A stretch of DNA of 64,000 nt from Macrostomum hystrix (Eukaryota > Animalia > Platyhelminthes), in assembly GCA_950097015.1 (NCBI GenBank), contig CATNEN010000003.1, forward strand, positions 5,456,001 to 5,520,000, read 5' to 3'. This document shows, one piece after another, positions 36,901 to 48,215 of the stretch. The notes beneath the pieces are model-generated. The model was not told the DNA's origin. It saw only the letters and a program-made list of their open reading frames with translations, and made no database searches. Every line of letters starts with the position of its first letter. Position 1 is the first letter of the stretch. The position numbers were made by a program, and so were the translations under genes.

Positions 36901-39900
36901 ACTAGTTCCACTACAATAGTTTCCAATCAGTTCGTTAATCAAATGATGATGATGATGACATCATGATGTCATCATGACATCATGACTTGAATGATGACAA
37001 ATTCAAGACAAGGATAGACAAGAATTAATTCGTATCTGATTTGTCGGACTGATCTTGAATGATAAAGAAATGCGAATTTAATTAGGGAATCCATTAAACG
37101 AAGATGAAATGAAGATCACGTTGATCAAGAACTAACATTAATCACTCCCAAAAGAATTTTGGCTATAAGATCCTATCAATAAATATAAATGTACTTTAGC
37201 CTCGCCTCTTCAACTCTGCGTTGATATTGTTGCAGACTTCTGCCAGAATCGAGTAACGAAGCGCCGCCATTGTGTACAGCGTGAATCACTAGGCCAAGCG
37301 AGAACATGTCGCAGCTTCGACTAGCCTTCCCCTGCAGCTGCAGCTCGGGTGCCATGAAGTTTAAGTCTGGCTGCGCCAGCTTCGATACTTTGGCCGACCA
37401 CTGGGTGAAATTGAAAGCATCCTGTGGGACAGGAGAGAGCATTGCCCTGTTTCATGTCAGGGTAGAAAGGACAGGAAAATATTAGTGTGATTGATCTTTC
37501 ACTGTTGAGCGATCGGTTTTGTGTGATACTTTGGGACTCTTGGCTTAATAACAACTTGTTATGATTCCGTTCTATTTTTTATAATCAGCCTGAATCTAGC
37601 CTGAATTCTAGCCTGAATCTCAACCTGAATCTGGCATGAATCTCAACCTGAATCTGGCCTGAATCTAGCCTGAATCTATAGCCTGAATCTATAGCCTGAA
37701 TCTAGCCTGAATCTAGCCTGAATCTAGCCTGAATCTAGCCTCAATCTAGCCTGAATCTAGCCTGAATCTAGCCTGAATCTTAGCCTGAATCTAGCCTGAA
37801 TCTAGCCTGAACCTAGCCTGAATCTCAACCTGAACATCAACCTGAAACTGGCCTGAATCTCAACCTGAATCTGGCCTGAATCTCAACCTGAATCTGGCCT
37901 GAATCTCAACCTGAATCTGGCCTGAATCTAGCCTGAATCTATAGCCTGAATCTATAGCCTGAATCTAGCCTGAATCTAGCCTGAATCTAGCCTGAATTTA
38001 TAGCTTCAATCTCAACCTAAATCTAGTCTGAATCTAGCCTGAATCTCAACCTGAATCTGGCATGAATCTCAACCTGAATCTGGCCTGAATCTAGCCTGAA
38101 TCTATAGCCTGAATCTATAGCCTGAATCTAGCCTGAATCTAGCCTGAATCTAGCCTGAATCTAGCCTCAATCTAGCCTGAATCTAGCCTGAATCTAGCCT
38201 GAATCTTAGCCTGAATCTAGCCTGAATCTAGCCTGAACCTAGCCTGAATCTCAACCTGAACATCAACCTGAAACTGGCCTGAATCTCAACCTGAATCTGG
38301 CCTGAATCTCAACCTGAATCTGGCCTGAATCTCAACCTGAATCTGGCCTGAATCTAGCCTGAATCTATAGCCTGAATCTATAGCCTGAATCTAGCCTGAA
38401 TCTAGCCTGAATCTAGCCTGAATCTATAGCCTGAATCTAGCCTGAATCTTAGCCTGAATCTAGCCTGAATCTAGCCTGAATCTAGCCTGAATCTCAACCT
38501 GAACATCAACCTGAAACTGGCCAGAATCTCAACCTGAATCTGGCCTGAATCTCAACCTGAATCTGGCCTGAATCTAGCCTGAATCTTAGCCTGAATCTAG
38601 CCTGAATCTTAGCCTGAATCTAGCCTGAATCTCAACCTGAACATCAACCTGAAACTGGCCTGAATCTCAACCTGAATCTGGCCTGAATCTCAACCTGAAT
38701 CTGGCCTGAATCTCAACCTGAGTCTAGCCTGAATCTAGCCTAAATCTATAGCCTGAATCTAGCCTGAATCTCAACCTGAACCTCAACCTGAAACTGGCCT
38801 GAATCTCAACCTGAATCTAGCCTGAATCTAGCCTGAATCTATAGCCTGAATCTATCCTGAATCTCGACCTAAATCTGGTCTGAATCTAGCCTGAATCTCA
38901 ACCTGAATCTGGCCTGAATCTAGCCTGAATCTCAACCTGAATCGGGCCTGAATCTAGCCTGAATCTAGCCTGAATCTAGCCTGAATCTAGCCTGAATCTA
39001 TAGCCTGAATCTAGCCTGAATCTAGCCTCAATCTAGCCTGAATCTATAGCCTGAATCTAGCCTGAATCTAGCCTCAATCTAGCCTGAATCTATAGCCTGA
39101 ATCTAGCCTGAATCTAGCCTGAATCTAGCCTGAATCTAGCCTCAATCTAGCCTGAATCTAGCCTAAATGTATAGCTTTAATGTATAGCCTGAATCTCAAC
39201 CTGAACCTCAACCTGAATCTCAACCTGAATCTCAACATGAACCTCAACCTGAATCTCAACCTGCATCTCAACCTGCATCTCCACGTGAATCTCAACCTGA
39301 ACCTGAACCTGCAACTCAACCTGAATCTCAACCTGACTCTGGCCTGAATTCTAGCCAGAATCTCATCCTGAATCTCAGCCTGAATCTCACATGAATCGCT
39401 GAGGATTTCTCAACGAAGCCGAGTCCAGCCAGTTTCCAGCAGCGCCTTTTAGTGACAATGATTGATCCCAGACTGACGTTGCCATGCAGAACCTTCTGCG
39501 TGTTGTGGAGGTACTTCAGTGCTTCGTTTAGCTGGAAATATTCGTAGTTTTTAAGTGCAGCGTTTCATGGAAAGAAGTCGATAATTAGCGAAAAGAGAAA
39601 CTCACCTGAAAGATTCCGTGTTTCAACTCCAGATCTGTGAATGCTTCCTGCAATCAAGCAACAGTGTGTTTTTGGTAATTTGATTGAAATCACCTAATTT
39701 GATTAATAATAAGTCATTTGACTTCGTTGACGTCAGAAAGATTAAAAGAGAGCTGTAAAGTTACGCATAAATTTAATTCCTGATTGATAGAAATGATGAA
39801 AATGGCAGGCACTGTCACAGCCGTTCAGTCCATGGACTGTGGACCACCTAATATGATCCTGTCAAAGATCCTGTCAAAGATCCTGTCAAAGATCCTGTCA

Positions 39901-42900
39901 AAGATCCTGTCAAAGATCCTGTCAATAATCCTGTCAAAGATCCTGTGGTCCTTCAACTGGTAATGAAATTTTAAAAGATTGCTGGCTTTGTATAATTTTT
40001 TACTGAATAACTTTAGGTTACTGACATGACATGCATAATATGCTGGCCTCAGAAACTACTATCTTGAAGTCTCAAGAGACCAGGCTACTCAAGTATCCGA
40101 AGCACTTCCTAAATGACAAAAATGGCTAGTTAAAATCGTCTATATTAGGCGTGCCTTACAAAACTCGAAAAGTACTTTTGCGTTGCCTGAAAATCGTGCC
40201 GAGTATATATAGTCAGTTAATAAATTGTACTAATAGTTTTTCATATTTACAGTCATGCTGTTCCGATAAGAAGTCCACTTAAGGGATTGAAGTGTTTCGT
40301 GTATAAAACCTCGGATGGAATGTGTGGCTTGTCGTGCACTGTACACCAATGAGGGGCCAATCCCCATGGCACAGTGAGAGTGTACACTGCCTGACGATGA
40401 GATAGTAAGGTATCATATTATTATCATTTGCAGGGATCTCTGATCACAGCGAGGTGGCCGTTCTGTCCTTCTCCGCTGACTCCTGAGTACACACGCACAC
40501 AGATACCGTACACAGGAACACGCTCACACAGGTGTGTACATCTGCCCTGACTTCACGACAAGCCGCCAAGCCTTCTTTCCGCGGCTGCGCCCCAAATGAA
40601 TGCGGCCTCGCCGCGGAATCGAGCTCAGGGACCTTGGTGCGAGAGGCAAATGCTTTCGACCACTTTGCGTCTCACCATTCATTAATCGGCTTGTATTTTT
40701 AATTTTGTTATAATAATGTTGCACCTTTAACTCGACTGGTGTTGGCTGACTGCCTTTCGCATCCTGTGGACAAGCAAAGAAATTGGCCAGGCTACCCCAG
40801 ACTGGCTCCGTGGCGAAGGATATTGTGTCGCTGAAATGTTACAAGGTGGGACGGAAATTATGAATTATTTATGTGCTAGAGTACTTGAACTCAATATTTT
40901 ACAGCTAGAGTTAGAAAATAGTAGAAAAATGAGTAGAATAGAATGGAAAGGAATAGACTAGAACAGAATAGGCTAGACTTGAATAGAATAGACAAGGAGA
41001 ATACAGAATAATAGAGTAGAGTATAGTACAATTGAATAGACAAGAATAGAATAGAATAGAACAGAATAGAATAGAATAGAATGCAATAGAATAGAACAGA
41101 ATAGAATAGAAAAGAATAGAATAGAATAGAATAGAATAGAATAGAATAGAATAGAACAGAATAGAATAGAATATAATAGAATAGAATAGAATAGAATAGA
41201 ACAGAATAGAATAGAAAAGAATAGAATAGAATATAATAGAATAGAATAGAATAGAATAGAATAGAATAGAATAGAATAGAATAGAATAGAATAGAATAGA
41301 ATAGAATAGAACAGAATAGAATAGAATAGAAAATAATAGAATAGAATATAATAGAATAGAATAGAATAGAATAGAATAGAATAGAATAGAATAGAATAGA
41401 ATAGAATGGAATAGACTGGAATAGAATGGAATAGAGTTGAATAGAATAGAATAGAATAGAATAGAATAGAATAGAATAGAATGGAATAGACTGGAATAGA
41501 ATAGAATAGAATAGAATAGAATAGAATAGAATAATATAGAATAGCATAGAACAGAATAGAATAGAATAGAATAGAATGGAATATACTGGAATAGAATGGA
41601 ATAGAGTTGAATAGAATAGAACAGAATAGAATAGAATAGAATAGAATGGAATAGACTGGAATAGAATGGAATAGAGTTGAATAGAATAGAACAGAATAGA
41701 ATAGAATAGAATAGAATGGAATAGACTGGAATAGAATGGAATAGAGTTGAATAGAATAGAATATGGCTCATAAAAATAATAATCATACGATTGTGTAATG
41801 AATTATAAATGTGAAAATGGATAAAAAATTCTGTCAATTAAGCGCAGGTCTTAATTACCCCAACAATTATAGGAAATTGTACTTTTATCTAAAAATTCTT
41901 ATCCCACAATAGTCCATGCCACCCTTAAACAGCATTTAGTAGAATTTCAAATTCACTTAGCGATCTAAAAATGTTCTTACAATAGACCGATTGAACCTTT
42001 TGGGGCATCTGTGGATCTGGTACGAATATTCTGGTCCCTTTTTGATCTGGCCAAGGAAGGCTTCGATATAATTCTGGGCTGCACATTTCACTAATTAGAC
42101 TCTAGCGTGACCAGACTGCTCAGTTACTGAGCACAGTGCTGATGTCTCAACCATTTACAGCCTCTCCCAGTCTCTCTACTCAACTCTGTCCGTTTATCAT
42201 TCGAATGCAAGTACGGGGCTGAATGAAAATGAGAATATATTCCGTGTGGTGTGTGTGGTTGGGGTAAGAATTTCTGTGCCCCCACTCTGTCTCCGTGACC
42301 CCAACCTTTCGTTTTCCTCTCTGTTCGTCAGCTGCTGGATATTCGATTTCTTTCTTTTATTGCTCAGATTGGAATCTGCGCTACTCTGCAGACTGCGAGT
42401 TGGTCAATTGATCTGATAGACAAGTGTGCTGAATTCTGAACTGGAAATCCAAGACACTTCTCTCCCTACCTCTCATTCTCTCCCTCCCTCCCTCTCATTC
42501 TCTCCCTCCCTCTCATTCTCTCCCTCCCTCCCTCTCATTCTCTCCCTCCCTCTCATTCTCTCCCTCCCTCTCATTCTCTCCCTCTCTCTCATTCTCTCCC
42601 TCCCTCTCATTCTCTCCCTCCCTCCCTCTCATTCTCTCCCTCCCTCTCATTATCTCCCTCCCTCTCATTCTCTCCCTCCCTCTCATTCTCTCCCTCCCTC
42701 TCATTCTCTCCCTCTCTCTCATTCTCTCCCTCCCTCTCATTCTCTCCCTCCCTCTCATTCTCTCCCTCCCTCCCTCTCATTCTCTCCCTCCCTCTCATTC
42801 TATCCCTCCCTCCCTCTCATTCTCTCCCTCCCTCTCATTCTCTCCCTCCCTCTCATTCTCTCCCTCCCTCTCATTCTCTCCCTCCCTCCCTCTCATTCTC

Positions 42901-45732
42901 TCCCTCCCTCTCATTCTCTCCCTCCCTCTCATTCTCTCCCTCTCTCTCATTCTCTCCCTCCCTCTCATTCTCTCCCTCCCTCCCTCTCATTCTCTCCCTC
43001 CCTCTCATTCTCTCCCTCCCTCTCATTCTCTCCCTCCCTCTCATTCTCTCCCTCCCTCTCATTCTCTCCCTCTCTCTCATTCTCTCCCTCCCTCTCATTC
43101 TCTCCCTCCCTCTCATTCTCTCCCTCCCTCTCATTCTCTCCCTCTCTCTCATTCTCTCCCTCCCTCTCATTCTCTCCCTCCCTCCCTCTCATTCTCTCCC
43201 TCCCTCTCATTCTCTCCCTCCCTCTCATTCTCTCCCTCCCTCCCTCTCATTCTCTCCCTCCCTCTCATTCTCTCCCTCCCTCTCATTCTCTCCCTCCCTC
43301 TCATTCTCTCCCTCCCTCTCATTCTCTCCCTCCCTCTCATTCTCTCCCTCCCTCTCATTCTCTTACACCTTGAATTTTACCTGATTAGTTACTGAATTCT
43401 CAAATTTTTTATTCTCAAGTTTAAAATCGGGGCACTATACATTTTCTTGTCTGGCGTTCTCTAGCCCGAATATTTATTGCACCTTGGGTGAGAAAATAAA
43501 CACCCCACTACTCAATAAACACCTTGAACATTGCTAAGCTTAGTGGAATTACTCAAAGAGAATATCGCATAGAGAGAAGATATTTATTTGGAGGCAGCTG
43601 GACAATCTCAACCTCATCACTCCAAAATTGCGAACCCGTGTATGATGAAGGGGATAAGAGTGGGCCTCTACGAAAAAAAATCCCTAACTCCCCAAATGGG
43701 ATCTGCAGGTGAGCACACGTTATAGAGGCTTTGAAGGCAATGGTTAATTATTATTTGGCTCTGCAAGGCACAAAGAACAGGTACTGCACAGTGGGAAGCA
43801 CAGAGTTTCAGTTGAGAACACGCACAATGCTACAACCATTTTTGCTTAAAATCGCTACATTTCACAACAAGTCACACTAAAACTGCACCCAATCAGATAA
43901 TCAATTATTGATATCTCTTCCGCTCGCAAAGCCAGACATTGCTTCTCAGATCGACAAAATTCTAAAAATAGAATATCTATAGCCTCACCTGCACTCCTCA
44001 ATCAGGTGCCAAATCTGGAGCAGTTTCGGATGTCGAAACCGTTCCATGTAGCGAATCTCTCGGCGAAGAATCTCCGACACGGTCTCACGGCGCTTCGGCT
44101 TGTGCAGCTTCTCTGCTGATTTCTTGTCGAACACAAACACTGAACACTCCTGCAGCAGAGGGTTGGAGGTGAAGTTCGGGGGTTCGATTCCCGATTCCAC
44201 TTGGTTTCCTTTAGCTAAATATCCTTGATCCTGCATTGCTTTAATTCTACCAGCTGGTAAACGGGCATCGGGAGGATAAGTGGCAGAGCGGTCTATCGTG
44301 TTTGCCTCTCGCACCAAGGTCCCTGAGCTCGATTCCTCGGCGAGGCCACATTCATTTGGGGCGCAGCCGCGGAGAGAAGGCTTGGGGGCTTGTCGTGCAA
44401 TTTACGCTCTTGAGGGCCAGCCTCCAAGGCACAGTGCTAGTGTACACTGCCTGACGATGAGAAAGTCAGGGCAGATGTACACACCTGTGTGAGCATGTGC
44501 CTACGAGGCAGTGAAATGAGCAGAATAACCCTCAAGACCTCAAGCTAACCATTAGTTATCGAGCAAGCTTTATTTTCTCGATTGTATCACTAATTCAGAT
44601 TTTTTTCACTAAATGAAGCCTCCTTTTCACAAGTCATAAATAATTATTAATTAGTTTCGTCGTTAGAAAAAGTACATAGTAATAGAATTGTTGTATCCAT
44701 GCAAAGTAAGTTGATTTCATCTTTGTGATACGTTTCAATAGTTTTTATACCCTCTAAAAATGTTTCTTGTCTGGTCTAGGGTCTGAGAACGTGAGAATTC
44801 TGCTTCCTTCCTGTGAGTCGTCTGATTCAATTTTCTTCCTTCGTGTTGCTAGGCAAATTTTAATTATCTTCTGCCCTTTATAGGTCCCCTGGCCTTGTAC
44901 AATGCCTAGTGTTTTTGTCCATTATTTTTTGTGTTTCGCTAAATTTATACAACTTTTTCTTGTTTTACCTTCCTTAGAGTTAGAAAGCTTTTTTATCAAA
45001 CTTCTGTAGCCCTGTTTCACCTTATACTGTTTATCTCACCCTGTCTATCTCTACCCGTCTATCTCACCCTGTCTATCTCACCCTGTCTATCTCACCCCGT
45101 GTATCTCACCCCGTCTATCTCACCCTGTCTATCTCACCCTGTCTATTTCAAGCTGTCTATTTCAACCTGTCTATCTCACCCTGTCTATCTCACCCCGTGT
45201 ATCTCACCCCGTCTATCTCACCCTGTCTATCTCACCCTGTCTATCTCACCCTGTCTATTTCAAGCAGACTATCTCACCCTGTCTATCTCACCCTGTCTAT
45301 TTCAACCTGTCTATCTCACCCGTCTATCTCACCCTGTGTCTGTCTCACTCTGTTTATCTCACCCGTCTATCTCACCCTGTGTCTGTCTCACTCTGTTTAT
45401 CTCATCTATTCCATCCATCCCTCTCTATCTTACCCTAAATTTCTCATCCTATCCATCTCAATCTGTCTAGCTCATAATATCCTGAAGTTCCACATTCCCC
45501 CCAAGTTGCCATGGCAACGCAATCGTACAACAAGGTCGCCAACCTTGCCGTCTTCAGTCCTGACTGCGTCATAGATCTTCCAGACCAATGCCTGGCCAGC
45601 GCTGCCAGTCTGTCTGCGCAATTGAAAATGCCGCATCGTAAGGCTGCCGAAGCCGGGGCCCATGCCGCCGCTAGTGTCTATGGCCAAAGCCGCTGAGGCT
45701 GCAACGGCTGCCGATCCACTGCTGCTTCGCAT
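12713..45732 (-). CDS. SCYL2: SCY1-like protein 2 family pseudokinase (kinase-like domain + HEAT repeats + long low-complexity tail), 20 exons, ~1093 aa
   Basis: Phase-consistent exons (minus): 45732-45544, 44149-43989, 40830-40725, 39647-39606, 39531-39391, 37421-37206, 36120-36004, 35577-35446, 33754-33575, 29577-29455, 28264-28151, 27957-27825, 27040-26815, 25944-25703, 23916-23668, 19808-19684, 17722-17297, 16390-16136, 13082-13017, 12751-12713. Motifs WKIYDA, VFVFDKK, RHPKLL, FATEPVWGSLAN, LHGNV, WKLAG, PDLNFMAPE, CDMFSLG, VILPKAK, LDKMIILDEILPFL, IATRVLPHL. Exons 14-20 rest on splice sites and phase only. Orthology versus a SCYL2-like paralogue is not resolved. Confidence 0.9.
12882..13008. 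repeat. 18-bp minisatellite (TTAGACACAGTTCACCTG), ~7 copies
   Basis: Same unit as 29722-31165; lies in the last SCYL2 intron, a few bases from the donor. Confidence 0.95.
13266..14735. repeat. 35-bp minisatellite (TCAATGATGTACAGTTTGTGTACCATAGAGGCACC), ~42 copies
   Basis: Head-to-tail near-identical units without spacers; SCYL2 intron 18. Confidence 0.97.
15313..15614 (+). mobile_element. CORE-SINE family B, full-length copy
   Basis: A/B boxes, CORE-like segment, 3' body, AAT tail. Confidence 0.9.
15721..16002 (+). mobile_element. SINE family A copy (5'-clipped, internal deletions)
   Basis: Homologous to 291-655; ATT/ACT tail. A reversed family-B head fragment follows at ~16022-16085. Confidence 0.85.
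19191..19550 (+). mobile_element. SINE family A copy, near full length
   Basis: Head GGGTCAGTGGCAGAGCGG, same body and 3' hairpin, ATT tail. Confidence 0.9.
20547..21179 (+). CDS. Neuropeptide/peptide-hormone precursor: signal peptide + 14 x FVQPGTYDW flanked by KR/KKR
   Basis: ATG, hydrophobic N-terminus ending ARA|AD, acidic spacer, KR, then 14 identical nonapeptides each followed by KKR, then LV-stop. AATAAA at ~21295. Possible upstream acceptor tttacag at ~20403. Confidence 0.9.
   Translation: MRLETAVALVVACAICHQVGLARAADAKAISEVEKSDDKRFVQPGTYDWKKRFVQPGTYDWKKRFVQPGTYDWKKRFVQPGTYDWKKRFVQPGTYDWKKRFVQPGTYDWKKRFVQPGTYDWKKRFVQPGTYDWKKRFVQPGTYDWKKRFVQPGTYDWKKRFVQPGTYDWKKRFVQPGTYDWKKRFVQPGTYDWKKRFVQPGTYDWKKRLV
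20667..21170 (+). repeat. Coding 36-bp tandem repeat, 14 copies
   Basis: TTTGTACAGCCCGGAACCTACGACTGGAAGAAGCGC; only a synonymous AAG>AAA change in copies 4 and 14. Confidence 0.97.
21895..21966. repeat. (CTG)n trinucleotide microsatellite
   Basis: Read directly; intronic. Confidence 0.95.
23230..23520 (-). mobile_element. CORE-SINE family B copy (diverged)
   Basis: 3' body nearly identical to 6240-6557; head decayed. Confidence 0.85.
24020..24145 (+). mobile_element. Diverged SINE family A fragment
   Basis: GAGTTCGAATCC B box, cacattcatttgg, ggcttgggggcttgtcgt. Confidence 0.6.
24680..25395 (-). mobile_element. Non-LTR retrotransposon (LINE) ORF2 fragment with RNase H domain, disrupted
   Basis: Minus-strand translation H*YTDGSLKDGLAGFGV...STVFQNEILAI...IIIHSDSQAALQAL...VRLSWIPGHAGFPAGNELANTLAKQG...LTGHGYLARH. 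This is a non-LTR-type RNase H plus the LTGH motif that precedes the C-terminal zinc finger. In-frame TGA at 25328-25326; truncated at both ends. Confidence 0.88.
26025..26792. repeat. 22-bp purine-rich minisatellite with two sub-domains
   Basis: GAGGGTAAATGAGGTAGACACT (to ~26330) switching to GAGGATAGAAGGGGTAGAGACT; SCYL2 intron 13. Confidence 0.95.
28362..29330. repeat. 25-bp minisatellite (GATAACCTACCCAAGGAAAGTCGTG)
   Basis: Read directly; SCYL2 intron 10. Confidence 0.95.
29722..31165. repeat. 18-bp minisatellite (TTAGACACAGTTCACCTG), ~80 copies
   Basis: Read directly; SCYL2 intron 9. Confidence 0.97.
31706..33402 (+). mobile_element. Second copy of the hAT MITE: expanded 16-bp array plus right end
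   Basis: (TCTCATCTCTCCCGTG)n of ~1.6 kb followed by tacagtcaatgc...ttttaggtt...AGTTTGCCGACCCCTG, matching 10338-10413. Left TIR not recognisable. Confidence 0.85.
34414..35152. repeat. 16-bp minisatellite (GACTAGCTGACAGAAT)
   Basis: Read directly; SCYL2 intron 8. Confidence 0.97.
35648..35976 (+). mobile_element. SINE family A copy
   Basis: Head, body and 3' hairpin homologous to 291-655; fills most of SCYL2 intron 7. Confidence 0.9.
36300..36800. repeat. Degenerate 20-bp minisatellite (GAGATTTTGTCTCAAGAGGT)
   Basis: Read directly; each unit has a GAGA...TCTC inverted repeat. Confidence 0.9.
37587..39390. repeat. 11-13-bp satellite (GAATCTAGCCT / GAATCTCAACCT) with higher-order blocks
   Basis: Read directly; fills SCYL2 intron 5 up to its donor. 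Confidence 0.97.
39855..39946. repeat. 12-bp repeat (GATCCTGTCAAA)
   Basis: About 7 copies. Confidence 0.9.
40325..40665. mobile_element. Two SINE family A pieces: + fragment (~40325-40402) and - copy (~40415-40665)
   Basis: ggcttgtcgtgcac...gtgtacactgcctgacgatgaga on +, and the reverse complement of head/body with an internal deletion on -. Confidence 0.8.
40930..41762. repeat. (AATAG)n pentanucleotide satellite
   Basis: Read directly. Confidence 0.97.
42458..43362. repeat. CT-rich 18-bp minisatellite (TCTCTCCCTCCCTCTCAT)
   Basis: Read directly. Confidence 0.97.
44170..44530 (+). mobile_element. Decayed family B SINE fragment (~44170-44270) followed directly by a 3'-truncated family A SINE (~44273-44530)
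   Basis: GGTTCGATTCCC plus CORE remnant, then GTGGCAGAGCGGTCTATCG head and family A body. Confidence 0.8.
45030..45400. repeat. 14-bp minisatellite (CCCTGTCTATCTCA)
   Basis: Read directly; SCYL2 intron 1. Confidence 0.93.
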
Positions 45733-46134
45733 AGTTATTATTATTTTATATTTTTAAATCTCCGAGATTTTTCCAATCAATAAACTGATCTGGTAGCGAT
45801 CTAGAGAAGAGAGGCGACTGCTTTTATGCTGCAATATCTGCAAGAGTCCATCACTGTTCCCCATGTCAGTTCTCATTGGTTGGTGGGGGAGAAAACGGGA
45901 GGACGAAGTATTTTGCTGGCTGATTAGTAAAATGAGGAGTGTCAAAAAATCTTCTGCGGGTAGGTTGAAGAGAAACAGGTTACTTAAGAAACGAAAGAAG
46001 ATGTGTTATTGCACGGGGAGCTGTTCAGGTCGGGGAGAGGGGATACAAATGGGTTGACGCAAGATACAGTATAGGGAGGCATTGACGCAGAAAGACGCAG
46101 TGAGTTTGGTTGGCCCGACAGACATTGATTAATA

Positions 46135-47187
46135 GATGGAGATTGACAGAGATAGATTGACAGGGTTAGATTGACAGGGATAGATTGACAGGGTTAGATT
46201 GACAGGGATAGATTGACAGGGATTGATTGACTGTGATATATTGACAGGGTTAGATTGACAGGGATAGTTTGAAAGGGATATATTGACAGGGATAGATTGA
46301 TAGTGATAGATTGACAGTGATAGATATATTGACAGTGATAGATTGACAGGGATATATTGACAGGGATATATTGACAAGGTAAGATTGACTGTGATATATT
46401 GACAGGGATTTGCAGGGATAGATTGACAGGGTTAGATTGACAGGGTTAGATTGACAGTGATAGATTGACAGGGATAGATTGACAGTGATAGATTGACAGG
46501 GATAGATTGACAGGGATTGATTGACTGTGATATATTGACAGGGTTAGATTGACAGGGATAGTTTGAAAGGGATATATTGACAGGGATAGATTGATAGTGA
46601 TAGATTGACAGTGATAGATTGACAGTGATAAATTGACAGGGATATATTGACAGTGATAGATTGACAGGGATATATTGACAGGGATATATTGACAGTGATA
46701 GATTGACAGGGATATATTGACAGGGATATATTGACAAGGTAAGATTGACTGTGATATATTGACAGGGTTAGATTGACAGTGATAGATTGACAGGGTTAGA
46801 TTGACAGGGATAGTTTGAAAGGGATATATTGACAGGGATCGATTGATAGTGATAGATTGACAGCGATAGATTGACAGTGACAGGTTGGCAGGGTTAGATT
46901 GACAGTGATAGGTTGGCAGGGTTAGATTGACAGTGATAGGTTGGCAGGGTTAGATTGACAGGGATAGTTTGAAAGGGATATATTGACAGGGATAGATTGA
47001 CAGTGTTAGATTGACAGGGATAGATTGACAGTGAGAGATTGACAGGGTTAGATTGACAGGGTTAGATTGACAGGGATAGATTGACAGGGATAGATTGACA
47101 GTGATAGATTGACAGTGAGTAATTGACAGTGATAGATTGACAGTGAGTGATTGACAGTGATAGATTGACAGGGATGGATTGACAGGA
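46135..47187. repeat. 14-bp minisatellite (ATAGATTGACAGGG)
   Basis: Read directly; upstream of the SCYL2 ATG. Confidence 0.95.
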
Positions 47188-47679
47188 ATCTAGCCTAAAA
47201 AGGCCTACAAAAAAGAAGTTTCATTGAGTTAAAATCGTCTGTCGACCCATTCTGTCTATCAACAACTGATTACTGCTTATTGCTGAAGCCCCTGAACAGT
47301 TTGACAATGAGACTGGCTAGCTGTATCCAGTCATTTTCATGTCTGCAAATTTGTGTTCATCCATGTACTTTTATTATTAGTCCAACTCTGCATTAGATGA
47401 GATGCATGAGAGGTAAGTGTTAATGGGGTTCATAACGCGAGCTTTTAACCGATCGTCCATGACTGTCATTTGCGAGTCAAGCTATTTTTCCAAAAGCTTG
47501 TACTTTTTTATTTTTTAGAATACTTAACTTTTACCCTGTGTTTCATGTGTACTTTCTTCGGCTTTGTTTGTGCTTTTGATTGGCCAATAATTTTCTACAG
47601 TTGCGATGAACGTTCCGACAAAAGCTTCGCGAAAAAGTGAGTGGCTGGAGAAAAAGAAGGGAATATAAGGGAAGAGAAA

Positions 47680-48215
47680 AGAGGAGAAGGGGAGAGAAGG
47701 CGTGAGGAGGGGAGATAGGGAGAGAAGGGAGAGAAGGGGAGAGAAGGGGAGAGAAGGGGGGAGAATGGAGAGAAGGGAGAGAAGGAAGAGAAGGGTGAAA
47801 AGGGAGAGAAGAGGAGATAAGGTGAGAGGAGGGAAGAGAAGGGAGTAAAGGGGAGAGAAGGGAGTAAAGGGGAGAAAAGGGAGATAAGGGAGAGAAGGGA
47901 GAGAAAGGGAGTAAAGGGGAGAGAAGGGAGAGAAGGGAGAGAAGGGGAGAGAAGGGTAGAGAAGGGGAGAGAAGGGAGAGAGAGAAGGGAGAGAAGGGGA
48001 GAGAAGGGAGAGAGAGAAGGGAGAGAAGGGTAGAGAAGGGGAGAGAAGGGTAGAGAAGGGGAGAGAAGGGAGAGAGAGAAGGGAGTAAAGGGGAGAGAAG
48101 GGAGAGAAGGGAGAGAAGGGGAGAGAAGGGTAGAGAAGGGGAGAGAAGGGAGAGAGAGAAGGGAGAGAAGGGGAGAGAAGGGAGAGAAGGGAGAGAAGGG
48201 AGGGAAGGAGAGAGA
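47680..48215. repeat. GA-rich polypurine repeat (GGGAGAGAA)n
   Basis: Read directly. Confidence 0.93.

Noticed and set aside
40891-43373. Long ORFs (ILFYS..., SLPPSH..., RGRERM...)
   Set aside because: Translations of (AATAG)n and CT-rich arrays.
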